Shown piece after piece: positions 24,102 through 36,790 of a stretch of DNA of 64,000 bases. The position numbers were made by a program, and so were the translations under genes. The DNA is from Vicugna vicugna. Lineage: Eukaryota. Location: contig MU063176.1 in NCBI GenBank assembly GCA_013265495.1, forward strand, positions 2,848,344 to 2,912,343, written 5' to 3'. The notes below the pieces were generated by a model that was not told the origin of the DNA, did not search any database, and saw nothing but the letters and a program-made list of their open reading frames with translations. Position 1 is the first letter of the stretch. Each line of letters starts with the position of its first letter.

Positions 24102-25359
24102 TTCTGACTTCTTCCGTTTCTTCATCAGGGAAACGGTGATACTATCAAATATTAGATTCTATCACAGACATTGCTGTATTAAACGGACAGAGATGAGTTT
24201 GGAGAGAACTCGGCACAGTCCTTGTATCCACTGAAGAAAGCTCATTGAGAAGGTGGGGATGAGTGACATCATTAAGCAGTGGTTTTGAATTCTCACCATT
24301 GGATTTGATTTAAGTCAGCCATTTGCAAACTCTGGGACTATATTAGGAACTGACTGCTTGGGACCATTTTGCATGGAGCTCTCGTGCTCTGGCCCCTCTG
24401 CCTTCCCCTGGCTCCACCTGTATGCCATGCTCCATCCCGCCAGGGGCCTGTGAATTTGCTGTGTACTCCACCTACAGCACACCTGGAAAACTCCTACCCA
24501 TCCTTCAGCCCTTACTGCCCCTCCATACCCTCTTTAGCCCCATGTTCTTCTCCTCATGTCACCCTTAGAACAGTCTTTTGTTAGCATGATTATTTGATTA
24601 ATGTCTGTTTCCCATAAGAGGTTATGAGCTCCCCAAGGACAGAGTGCAGGCGTTTCTGTTCACCACGGACTGGCCAGCCCTTGCAACAGTTCCTGGCATC
24701 AGGGCAGAACTAGTAAAAGACTAGCCAGGTGCCAGGCATAAACTTTGAAGTTGGTACCCACTCTCCAGGTCATGCCCTTGCAGGACTGGCACCTGAGACT
24801 GAGGGCCTCCTTAAATTTTGCACTCCAGGTGACTCGCTTGCCTTACCCTGGGCTCATCCTTGCCTAGCACATGGCATATTCTCAATAGATATTTGCCAAG
24901 TAAATTAATGAACAAATGACCCATGTTGTAACTCACTGCCCCCCGCTAATATGTCCTTCTGGCCTCATTGAGAATCTCAACTCTAAAAGAGAACTCAGAG
25001 GGGGAGACAGGGTGGGAGGGTTATTGTTCAGAATTCTTTTCTTGGGGCGCTCTCTCATGACCTCTGCCAGGCAGGGTGGGTGAGGCTGGCATTGAGAAGC
25101 AGTGAGAGGTTGGTGGAATTAGACTCCTGAGGCCTGGAGTCTGAATTTGATAATAAGCGTAAAGTCTAAACTGTGTGACCACGGGCACATGACTTCAACT
25201 CTCTAGGCCTTAGTGTCTTCTTTGGTAAAAAGGAAAGAATCAAAATTGCTCCAGAGAAATCAATGAGACAAAGGCTGGGTCAAGGCCTTGAAAAGAGCCA
25301 AGTGCTACAGTTTGTAAGGGATATTAATAGTAAACTGGCTGCCAGAGGCAAGGGGGTGA

Positions 25360-25560
25360 GCAGGAGGAGAGATGAGAGAGGGGATGGAGGGAAGAGAGAC
25401 CAAAGAGAGGGGGAAAGAAAGGAGGGAGCAGTGGGCAATAGTAAGAGAATAAAGGCTGAAGGGGAAGAGAGTGAGGAGAGGAAATCAGAGAGAAAAAAAG
25501 AAGGTGGGAAGGGACAAGGAGACTGAGAGACAGAGTGAGAGATGAGGGAGAAGGCACTCA
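25360..25560 (+). repeat. Purine-rich (GA-rich) low-complexity tract
   Basis: About 200 bp dominated by G and A. Confidence 0.85.
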
Positions 25561-27329
25561 GACATTTTTCTAAGTCTTAAATTGTCCTACAAAAACCATC
25601 TCCTTATGAGAAAAGGATTCATTTGAATCTCAAAATAGAGATGTCTATTGGCTACTTCCTTTCATGTCTTATTTTTCCTTTACATCCCATCTTCGTTATG
25701 TAAAAAAAAAATTGTGATAATTTATAACATAAACCCATACTCAACAGGACATTTGAGCAATCAGAGACTTTAGGAAGAAAGAATGATGCCAATTAAATCC
25801 AGATTCTGTTGCAAGATAGTAATCTAGCTTTCCATTCAGTTCTGAGCCTCCTGGCAGCTAAAGCAAAAAGGGAAACACGATGGGTTACAAGGTATTCATT
25901 ATTTGACACCTATTTATTGACTGCACAGTTAAGTTCTTGCCATTCGTGGAGGGGTCCAGCTGCCTGGAGAACCAGAATCGAGCATGACTGATGTGCATTA
26001 TGACTCCCTTCTGTGTCTGCAATGAAGGCCATGGGGACAGGGAGGGAGAAGATAGGATGTGGCAGAATGAACTTCCATTTAGGAAGACAGAGAAAACAGA
26101 GGCTTGTGTCCTTCACTGGGTCCATCTCAACAGGCACTGTCAGGCCTGAGCCAGGTGAAGCTCCAGGAACTGTTTCTGCAGGCAGCTCTGGCCCTGCTTG
26201 CCCAGAGAGGGGCTTGGGGGAGGGGTGGTCGGCAGGCCTCCTGGAGGACTCGAAGCTGCTGGCAATGCTCCCTCTCAGCTGGCTCCTCTGAGTCTGCACA
26301 CGCAGAGATTAGGCATGTTGCAAACCCGGCAGTGAGATGCAGACCAAAGAGGAGGGGACAGAATGAAGCTCAGGAGCCTGTGGCTCTGTTTTCACCCTTG
26401 GCAGGGTGCCAGGGTCCTGGAATGCCCAGCAGCCAGTGCGGCCAGAGGACTGGGAGTCTGTACCCACTTGGGGGATCCTAGAGGCTGACATCATGAAAAT
26501 CTGGCAGGTCTGCTATTATATCCCCCACAGTACCCTCTATTGTCCCCTCTGATGACAAAGAGACAAGCAGTTAGGGGGCTGGCCCAAGTCACACACTGAC
26601 CTGGGCTGGGGACCCCAAGCCCTGGGTCTCAGTCCTGGCTGTGCTGTAAACTTTTTAGGTGACCCTGAGCAAGTTCCTGCCTTGCCCTGAGCCTCAGTTT
26701 CCCTTTCCTGAAAAATAAAAGGTCTAACATGGTTCTTAACAGTAAACCATGGGGGTAATGGTGGGAAAGCATAGAATTATTACAGGGAGTTATTGAATTT
26801 ATATATCCAAAAAGCACTGCCTATAGAAAGAATAAATTACATGCCTTGAACTTATAAGTAAGACACACTTGCAAATATATATAGATACTTCTGTGATGAA
26901 CAAAAGGTAAATCAATTAAAAAAACATTACTGATTCACAGAATCCTATGTCACCATATGTTTTATTAATCAACTCATACCAGCACAGACACTCACAAGCT
27001 ATGTGACCTTAGGAAAATTCATTCACCGCTCCTACCTTGGTTTCCCCAGCTGTCCAATGGGACTGATATCAGGACTGATATCATAGGGCTGTTTTACATA
27101 GCATAGCACCTGGCATATGATAAATATTAGCTCTCTATAAATATTAGTTCTTTTTATCATCTGTTTTATTTATTATTTTAAAGGTGTAGCACATATCAGG
27201 TGGGCATATTGGTGAAAATTTTTTGACATTAAATGAGGGCCTTCACAAGCAGTTAATACCCTTAATAGAGAAACACTTTAAATAAATCTATACTATAATA
27301 TAGATGTTCGTCCCAGTAGAAAAAACGGA

Positions 27330-28430
27330 AAAGAAAATGAAAAAGCAATTTGCAAAAGAAAAAAGACAAACGGCCAATGTGCTTTATGGAAAACCACAAA
27401 ACTTTAATACTCAAATAAACATTAATTAAAACAAATAAATATGACTTCTCCTCTATTAAATTGGCAAAGATTAAAAATCAAGATACTAGTCAGATTTGGC
27501 AAGAGTGTAGGGAAAATAACCCTAACGTACCTTACTGGCTGGAATAGAAATCCGTGTAAACTTTCTGCAGGGCAATTTGGCAATGCATATCAAAAGCCTT
27601 GAAATGAGAAAAACCTTTGTAGGAGCAATCCCAAATCTAGGAATTCATCCTAAGGATGAAATTAAGTTGTATGAAAAGATCTACCCACAAGGCTGTCCTC
27701 TGCAACACTGAGAAACAGGAAACAACTTAAACCTCAAAAACAGGAGAGAAGCTAATACATAACATACAGTGAAATATTAGACAGCAATTAACAATGCTTT
27801 AGAAGAATATTTATTGACATGGAAACACATGTTCAACAAACTGCTAAAGAAAAATGAAAGTTATGAAGGGAAAGAAGCCAATCTGAAAAGGATGCATCCT
27901 GTATGATTCCAACTCTATGACATTCTGGAAAAGGCAAAACTATGGGGACAGTAAAAAGATGTGTGGCTGCCTAGGGTTAGAAAGTGGGCAGGGTGAAGAG
28001 GCAGAGTACAGAGGATTTTAAGGGCAGTGAAACTACTCTATATGATGCTCTAATGGTGGATACATGTCATTATATATTTGTCCAAACCTGTAGAATGTAT
28101 ACCACCAGTGAATCTTACTGTAAACTATGGACTTTGGGGGATAATGATGTCTGTGTAGGTTCGGCTGTTGTAATAAATGTATACGCCTCTAGTGTTAACT
28201 GTGTAATCAACAAATGAATGCCTGCTGGGGTGGCCAATGGACTGGCCACATAGCTGAGGACAGATGTGTCCGAGCATACCTCCAACTCTTGGAGTCTGGG
28301 CTAGTCCTGAGACTGGTACCAGCTGTCCATCACGGGGGAGGTTGTGCGTGTGTCCGGGCAGGAGGTGTATGGGAACTCTCTACTTTCCTGTGAACCTAAA
28401 ACTTCTCTAAAAAATGAAGTCTTTTTTTTT
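27330..28430 (+). mobile_element. L1M fragments (L1ME-like ORF2 end followed by L1MC1-like 3' UTR)
   Basis: gacattctggaaaaggcaaaactatgg...gtgaaactactctatatga...gtgaacctaaaacttctctaaaaa. Confidence 0.8.
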
Positions 28431-30035
28431 AATGAAAGTTGTGAAAAGACAGATACAAAATAATTCCATATAAAAATATGTATTTAGCTGTATGGATTTG
28501 CACACACAGGTTTGGGAGCACACATTTTGGGATATCACTAGTGGTTAGTTGTGGGGCCTATGTTAAAGAGAGTTTCCATTTTCTTCTGTTTTGCTTAGGA
28601 GAAAAAAAAAGTCACTTAAAAATTGTAAAAAAAAACCCTCTTCATACTCATTTAGTTGAGAAATTGCTAATAATTGCTTAGAAGATAATATCTAAGATTC
28701 TTCCATCTTTACTCGCTTTTCATTAGACACTGCGATCTATCCAGTTATTTGGGAGGAAGGAGGAATCAAAATTAAAGACTGAAAACCAGGCATGTAAGTG
28801 CCACCTGACGCATAGTGGGATGAATGAATCCATCAATCAGGCAACCAACTGAGAAATCAGGGCCCCGGATTTCTACCATGAAGCACCTCTGTTTCAATAT
28901 TTATGACTCCCATTTTGTCTAGTAAACATACTGTACAAATTGTGTAACAATTCATTCATTTTCCTAGTCTTTCCAATACACACAGGTTATGTGATAACCA
29001 GGGTGAACACCCTGGTTAGTTGCTATCATTCTAAGCAAAAGCAAAGAATTCTGGCTCGCTCATTCACTTGTCCTGCTGATTACGGGGAGCCGGGTAATTT
29101 TCATTATACTTCTTTATGTTCAAAAAATAGCTCGGTGGATAGACTAGTATGCAGAAATGAGACAGAACCATAACTGCACACTGTAGTATGGATGAGTCAT
29201 GAGGCTGAGAAAAGAAATGAGACCCCAAGGAGTATATGCTGTATGGCTCAATTTATATGAAGTTTAAAAAAATGAGCAGAACTATGGTAGTTAGAGGTTA
29301 CTGGCTATCCTTGCAAATAACTAGGAAGGGGCAGGAAGGGGGGTCTTAGGGTGCTGGCTATGTTCTATTTCTGGATCTGGGTACTGGTCCCATGGGTGTG
29401 TTAAGTTTGTGAAAATATATTGAACCATGCTATGCATTTTTCTGTATGTATTTATATGTCAATAAAAACAAACAAAAATTCTGCAGGGGCCCTAAGGGCA
29501 AGGAACTCCCATGGGGGGACCTCCAACCCCATCCAGCCCCTGATTTTGCAGCTGGAGGAACTGGGGTCCAGCCAGTGGAAGCTCCGGCCTCAGTCACAGC
29601 AGATTAGGTTTCAGGCCTTTATCTGCACAGCAGTTTCCACTGAGCATCAGGGCCTGTAGAACAGTCTCTCAAGGTGGTTCCTCCTGCAGAACCTTTTAGA
29701 GGTAATGTGTCAACTCCATTGTGGTAAGACTCTGATAAGGAGTTGAAAGAAGCACTTACGAGTTAAGTAGAGAAGATGGAGAAAAACAGCACCTTTTTTA
29801 TGAGTTTGTTTCTTACAGTAGATACCGCTGGTGGCTTACCTGGATCCCTTTCCCCCTTTTCTCCCACTAACGACGCGGACTTTGTTCAGGTGCTACACTG
29901 TCCTCTCCAGACCGACGGCCCTACCCTCGGGAGAAAGCGCACAGCTGTGGTGGCACGTGGCAGCCGGGTCCTGCGGAAGACCCAGGCAGGAATCACCTCG
30001 GGATGCAGCTGGCAGGGCAGAGCAGAGGAAAGGTC

Positions 30036-30736
30036 TGCTATAGTAATAAGTGTATTTGGTCTTTGTCCCCAGTTCCTGGAGCAGAGCTCCTAAAACCTTT
30101 GGAATCTCCCAACAGGAGCACCTTTTGCTATTCCTAAGAAGCCTCTTGCTGTCACACCTGAGTTTATGCTAATGAGGTGACTTAGGATGGGGCCCCTTGA
30201 TAGACTTAGGACGGGGCCAGAAAGACCAGGAGATTAGAGTTAGAACTTTCAGCCCCATCCACTGACCTGGAGCTAAGGTGTGGCGGGGGTGAAGACTGAA
30301 CACCATAAAAATTCTTATACAAGATTCACAGAGCTTCCTGGTTGGTGAACACATCCAGATGCTGGGAGGGTGACGTGCCTGGAGGGGCCATGGGAGCTCC
30401 ACGTCCCTCTCCCCAAACCTTGCTCTAGACACTGCTTCCATCTGACTGTTCTTGAGTTGTACCCTTTATAATAACCAAAAATAGTAAAGCACTGTCCTGA
30501 GTTCTGCGAATTGTTCTGGTGAATTATAGAACCTGGGAAGCGGGTCGTGGAGACCCCAGATTAACGTTGGTCAGAAGTATGGGTGGCCCAGGACTTGTGA
30601 GTGGCATTTGAAGAGGCGATAGTCTTGAGGGAGTGGGCCCTCAGCCTGTGGGATCTGTGCTAATTCCAGATAGTTAGTTTCAGTTGGTGTCGGAGAATCA
30701 GAGCATGGTTTGGTACTGCAAAACATCTCTGAGACA
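30036..30736 (+). mobile_element. MER21-type ERVL solo LTR
   Basis: tatttggtctttgtccccagttcctgg...acacctgagtttatgctaatgaggtgact...gagcttcctggttggtgaacacatc; TG...CA ends. Confidence 0.85.
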
Positions 30737-31379
30737 TGGTTAAGGCATTAAATCAACTAGTCCTAAAATCTGCCCTACTCCTGTACTCCCTATTTCACTT
30801 CTTTTTATTCCAGCCAGACTAGGACAGGGTCTCTGTTACGTGCGGCCAATGCCATCCTCACTGGTACCCTGCCCTACCAACAGTGCAGGCCCCACCTACC
30901 CACAGGTCCAGTCTGGCTGGGATCAGAACTCTGGCTATGCCTCTGTAAGGCATCCACCTCCATGGTGCCTTGGCCTATAAAGGGGCAAATGGAGGCTGCA
31001 ACATTATACCCCCAGTTGCCCCACTCCCCCAAGTCCAAGATCTGACCTGAAGCTATAAACCAAGCTGTCTCCTTCAGGCACTGCTGGTGGGAGTGTAAAC
31101 TGGTACCTCTAGGGAGAGCAGTTTGGCACCGGGAACCTTTCAAAAATGCACATAACCTTCGATCCTGCAATTCCACGTCTAGGAATTTTTCCAAGACACA
31201 TGTGTAAGAGTATTCATTGCAGCCCTGTCTGGAATAGCAAAAGACTGGGAACAACCAACATGTCCATATGGATGTTGGTTAAATAAATGATAGCAAATCC
31301 ATACAACAGGCAGCTGTTTCAAAGGAGGGAATAAACTCCGGCCCCTGCTTCTCCTCTGCCCCTCCCATCCATTCTCCAC

Positions 31380-31945
31380 ACAGTAGTCAGGGCAAACCCT
31401 TATAACCCAAGTCAGATCAAATGGCCTGCAGTTCAAAAACCTTCATGGAGCCCCAACTCCCGCAGAGCAAACCGCAAAGATCTTCAGTGGCACTCCAGCT
31501 GGACCCAGGCTGCCCCCATTCCCTCTGGACCTCATCTCCTACCACTCCCGCTTCACTCCCACCACAGCCACAAAGGCTGCCTTGCTCGGCCTGCTATGAG
31601 GCACGCTGCATCCTGAGACTTTGCACTGGCCGTTCCCTCTGCCTGGAATGCTCTTCCCCCAGAGATCCACAGGGCTCACTCCCTCATGGCCATCAGCCCT
31701 TTGCTCAATATCACATTCTCTGGCCACCTAGATAAAATTGCAACCCCCTGACACTTTCTACCCCTCCTCCCTTGCTTTATTTTCCTCCGGAGCACTATCA
31801 CTATCAACTATATGTAGTTCTTATTTATACTAGTGGCTGGCTGTCCCCCCGACTAGAATGTAAACTCCAGGAAGGCAGAGATGTATGTCTATTTAGTTCA
31901 TTGCTGTATCCTCTGCCACTAGAACAGTGCCTGGTGCAAAGTTAA
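31380..31945 (+). mobile_element. L2 3' end
   Basis: ccctctgcctggaatgctcttcccc...actagaatgtaaactccagga...gaacagtgcctgg. Confidence 0.85.
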
Positions 31946-31994
31946 GCACATGACCCAAAATCAAGGTAAAGAAGCATACGTATCATTTGAGAGG

Positions 31995-32235
31995 CAGCAG
32001 AGAACGGTGGTTGAGAGCATGGATTCTGGCCCTGGGCTGCCTGGGTTCAACTCCCAACTGCCTCAACCACTGTGTGATGTCCGGGGAGTACCTTAACCCC
32101 TCTGTGCCCAGGAATGTTAATAGCACCTACACGGTAAGGCTGTTACAAGGATTAAATGAGTTAACGTTTGTTATTTACCTAGAATGGTGTCTGGCACGAA
32201 GTAAGATATATAAATGTGCGCTATATAAAATAAAC
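31995..32235 (+). mobile_element. MIR SINE
   Basis: gtggttgagagcatggattctgg...ctgcctgggttcaa...ggattaaatgagtta. Confidence 0.85.
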
Positions 32236-33700
32236 GTGCCCTGCTTTAATAAAATTAAAAGGACATACACATTTATATGTGCTTACGTATGCACAGAACA
32301 GCTCTGGGCTATGACGGCTGCTGTTTCTGGGATTGAGGGCTGAGAGAGGAAAGAAACTTACTTCCCACTGAATTTTATGCCAGATGCATGCATTTCTAAT
32401 TTTAAAAATAGATTAGTAATGCCTAGAAGTTAGTAACTGTTGAGGCTGGGCGATAGGTATATAGAAGTTCATTATACTCTTCTATCTTTTTTGTAGACTA
32501 AAGAGTTTTAAAATACATATCAGTATTAATAGTTTAAAAAACAAGTTCCAGCCTATCCCACCACTTCCCCTCCCAGCAGGCCAGCAAATAGAACGGAAGG
32601 GGAGACGGCATCTGCTGATGGGGTGGGGGTAGGCGGCGGGGGGCTCCTTCCAACCACCTGCTGTCCCCATGGAAGGGGACCCTGAAGTCCAAGCAAATTC
32701 CCTGAGGTCCACCTGGCTCCAGGTTTCCCAGCACCAAGTAGACCACAGCCAAATAAGGCCGGGGAAGAAGGGGGTGTGCCTGCTGAGGGCCAGGGTCAGG
32801 CTGCAAGCAGTGTAGGGTCTCTGGGCTGAGCTACCAGGGGCTCAGGGAGGCCACACTTGCAGATGTCAAAGCTGTCGAAACGGGAGGATGGGAAGGTCTT
32901 GACTGAAAGACGCCTGGCAATTTACATGCATTTAAGGATAATTAGAGACATTATGCACTGATTGCTTGCTGAGTGCCAGGCAGAAGCTGGAGACCAGACA
33001 TATCCTCTGGTGTCCCCAGCTCCTTACCTCTATGATGCTAATGCAGAAGGCAGAGAGTTTTTAAGCAGGTTGTCCCCAAGTCACACCTGTGGCTCTGAAG
33101 GGGCAGGGGAAGGTGTGCTCTCAAATCTCACTGCATCCTACAGGCTGTTAGAGATGAAAGGTTGCGCCCAGGCCTCCTGGTTCAAGCCCCTCCTTTCTAG
33201 ATGAGGAAATGGAGGCCCAGAGGGGAAGTGACTTGCCCAAGGCCTCCCAGAGGAAGACTCCAGGAGATACAAACCCACCACCATCTAGTCTGAGCTCGGC
33301 AGCCCCTCCCCCACCCCTCTGTCCTCCCAGCCCCTCTCCACGCTGCACTTACATGTTCTTAGCTTTCTTGCCTCTATACTCCTCCCAACACATCCATGGA
33401 GCTGAAGCCTCTACTTAGCGAGGTAGGATCCTGGTGAAACACCATGTGGCATTTTGGCCACAAGGAAAAGGGTCCCACTGTCTGCACCATGAGACTGGAG
33501 GGAAAGGGCTGCAGGTGGAGGGGCTGAGGACCATCAGGGGCCCAGTGGGCCAGGCGCCAGCCTTCACTTCTCCTGCAGTCTCCTTTTCCTCCCTCCCTTC
33601 CTCCCTGCTTCATCCCGCGCCTGCCCTGCCCACTGGCTGTGTATCCACCCAGTCCTCCCTGGAATTTCAGAATTAAAGAAACCTCAAAAGTCACCTAAAT

Positions 33701-33867
33701 CCTTGTTTCTCCAGGTGTGGTCCTCAGCAGCAGCGGGGGCCATCACATGGTGCTTGTTGGAAATGCAGAGTCCTGAGCTCCACCCCAGATCTTCCGAATC
33801 AGAGCCTGCCTTCAAACAGGAGAATCCCCAAGACATTTGTGTGCACAGTAGAGTTTGAGAAGCACTG
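33701..33867 (+). mobile_element. MER5A hAT-Charlie element
   Basis: gtgtggtcc...cttgttggaaatgcaga...ccaccccaga...gtttgagaagcactg. Confidence 0.8.
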
Positions 33868-33988
33868 GTCTAAACTGCAAGCGACTGGAAGCTTCAGTGT
33901 ATATCATGACTGAGCACGCACAAGTACCTCTAACGGGGAAGTCACCACCAGGCAACCAGGCAACCACCCCATCTTTAGACAAGAAAGT

Positions 33989-34062
33989 CGTGTGTGTGTG
34001 AGTGTGTGTGTGAGTATGTGTGTGTGAGTGTGTGTGTGAATATGTGTGTGTGTGCGTATGTG
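33989..34062. repeat. Compound (TG)n microsatellite with periodic AG/AA interruptions
   Basis: Read directly; units of 12-14 bp. Confidence 0.95.
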
Positions 34063-34470
34063 ATGGAAGAGGCGGTCCCCCATGGGTCCTGAGCATCCTC
34101 TGCAGAGTTGGTCCAACTGTAAGCCTGCACCATCCTCTGACCCTGAGCCATTTCTATGGCTGGTCACATAGGTAACTAAGTAGGTCATGGCAACCACAGC
34201 ATGAATAGTATACAACTGCTTGCTCCCCAGAGCAGGGGAACTGGCTGGTTGACTGTTTGCTACAACAGGTGCCGAGCTCTCAGCCCTAAGTTCTTCCAGT
34301 GCGGTGTAACCCACGGTCACCATCTGGGTTCATCATGTCACCCCATGGGACTTGGGAGCACGGTAACCAGTGCTACCATGCTGATGGTCCTGCTGTCCTG
34401 TGCTGGGAGTAATAAACCGTCTTGCTGATCTGAAGAGTCTTGGCCATGAGTAGCATCTATGCCATGAGAT
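34063..34470 (+). mobile_element. ERVL-type LTR (MER73/MER74-group-like)
   Basis: gggtcctgagcatcc...ccccatgggacttgggag...gagtaataaa. Confidence 0.5.
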
Positions 34471-35469
34471 GGGGGTTCTTCCTTGACTATATGTATGTGT
34501 GTAGGTGTGTCTATATGTCTGTGTGTGCCAGCAGTGGCCATGTATGAAGAAGTAATTAAATATCTTCCCCTGTACTCATGGAAAGGCTCATACATGGGGG
34601 CTCATACCATGACCTCAGTCTGAGGGGATTCAAAGGGAACCTGGCCCTTCTTGAGTGGCCACCTTGTGCCAGGTGTTCCATTTTTTTTTTATTATCTCAC
34701 TTAATCCTCTCCACCACCCTGCAGGGTAGATATAATCTAAAACCCTTTTTACATTTGAGGAAATTGAAGCTCTACCAGCAGCTCAATCTCAAAATAGTAA
34801 TGAACATAAATTATCTGGACACAGGCATTAAAGAAATAAACAAAGAGTGAGATGACTTCTGAGAAAGGTACCTGTGAATTCAAGATGATGGGGGCACTAA
34901 TGATTATGATGACCGTATGTCAAGCTAGTCCAGACAAATGGTGTCCTGGGACTCCTCCCACTGGGCTGACAAGCTCCGCACTGAGGAGGCACTGCGGAAC
35001 CCTGATGCCCCACAGGGAGGTGCACCTGGCAAGGATGGGAGGCCTTCATCCTGGTCCTCCAGGAAGGAGGCAGGAGGGATAAGGACAGGGGTTTTACATG
35101 CATTGTGGAGGACATCCATTCATTCACTCTTGACTTCTGTGTGCTATGGAATGCCAGGCACTGTCCTAGGTGCTGGGAACCTGGGGTGAACTAGGTCCCT
35201 GCCCTCATGAGGCTTGCAGCCTGGCTAGAACGTCTGAAGGTTTCCCTGCTAGCATCCATTCCCCTTTGTGCCACCAAGCCCCCTGGTGCCCTTGGGGAGC
35301 CCCCTTTCCAAAATGCTTCACTTTGATTGGTTGGACTAAAGACCAGACAATCAGCGCTCCTACCTGCCCATCGTAGTGAATGGTGCAGGGAAGGGTAAAG
35401 GGCCCGGCCAATCATAAGCTGCAGTTTTGGGGCTTTGGAGGAGTCTGCTGGGAAGAGGAACTGCTGAAA

Positions 35470-35740
35470 GAATAGAACTTAAGCATGGATCTGCTGGCAG
35501 CCAGCCACTGCGCTGCCACATATAATAGCCTGCCTATGAATGGAGCCAGTACCAAAGAAAGCAGAGTAGGATAGACAGACTGAATCCTGACGCTACTGTG
35601 TGAGCCCTGGATCCAACGGTGCCTGAAGCCATAGATGCTCCGGACTTCTCAGTTTGCTGAGCCCATAAGTTTCACTTTTGTCTAAACCTGCTTGACTTGA
35701 GTTTCTGTCTGATTGTATTTAGTCCTTTTGACAAGCTACT
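35470..35740 (+). mobile_element. MaLR LTR 3' part (MLT1J/K-like)
   Basis: gagccctggatcca...gcctgaagcca...ggacttctcagtt...ttgagtttctgtc. Confidence 0.6.
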
Positions 35741-36049
35741 GAGTACAGTTTCACTTTACTTGTTTTTCAGATAGGAACTGGAGGCTCAGAGAGCTTAAGT
35801 GGCTTGAACAAGGCTGCAGAGCAGTTGTCTGGAGTCTATCCAAGTCAAAGCCCACGCCCTTTCCACTACTGCAGGGTGGCAGCCTAGTGTTGAGGGTGAC
35901 AAACTGCAATCAAGGTGGGGAGCTAGGGGAGGGACTTCCATGGTGGGGAGTGAAGGGACCTTCTAGGAGAGGTGGCTCCAGAGGGATGATTAGAACAAGA
36001 ACGTGTTCTAACTAGAGACAGGCCTGTAGAGAGGCAGCAGAAGCAAGGA

Positions 36050-36290
36050 TCCACAGCTCACAAACTGGTGGTTGAGCTTTATTTTTCCAGTTTTTTTTTC
36101 TTTTTTCATTTTTGCTTTTGTTGCCAACTTTGAAGAAAAGAAGATTTCATGTCAAAATGTGGATGTTTAGCTTTTCTGACAAATCAGAAGCACTAGCAAC
36201 ACAGGCAGGCAGTCCCCTGTGGCAATGATCTGGAGCAAGGTGGTGGTGACCCTGATCAAACGAGCAGGGCACTTACTTTCCAGATCTCCA
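36050..36290 (+). mobile_element. MER102-like hAT-Charlie fragment
   Basis: gttgccaac...gatttcatgtcaaaatgtggat...gaagcactagcaacac. Confidence 0.55.
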
Positions 36291-36614
36291 GCCGGCCTTT
36301 GTCATTCGGGGACGTCCCCTGCCTGGATTGGGTTTCTGAGCTTGTGGCAGAGACCAAAGAGCTGTGTAGACGCTGTCCTTTGAGAACCCTGCCTCAGGTG
36401 AGATGGGGGTGCCGGGGAGGGATCTCACTGGGCTCCGAGCCTCTTTCCACTCTGGCTGCCCCTAAGTTCCCAGTGTCCAGAATAGTTCCCGGCACGGAAC
36501 TATTCCACAGGTGGTAAATGTTAGAAGAAAATGAGTGGGAGCTGGAGGGTTCCAGGGCCTCCTCACAGCGACCTTATCAACCTACTCTATGAGGCAGCTT
36601 GGTGTAGGAGTCAG

Positions 36615-36790
36615 GAACGTGAGCAATCCAGTGAGGCAGCTTGGGTACGGACTGTGGCTCCGCCACTTACAACTGTGTCCTCTGAGTAAGTCATTTCACC
36701 TTCTGTGCCTTCAGTTAGCCCTCCGTAAAATGGGGATAATAATAGTCCAAGAGGGTCGCTGGGAGCCAAGTGGTAAGCTGTCAGTAAATA
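36615..36790 (+). mobile_element. MIR SINE
   Basis: ccacttacaactgtgtcc...gtaaaatggggataataatagt. Confidence 0.8.
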
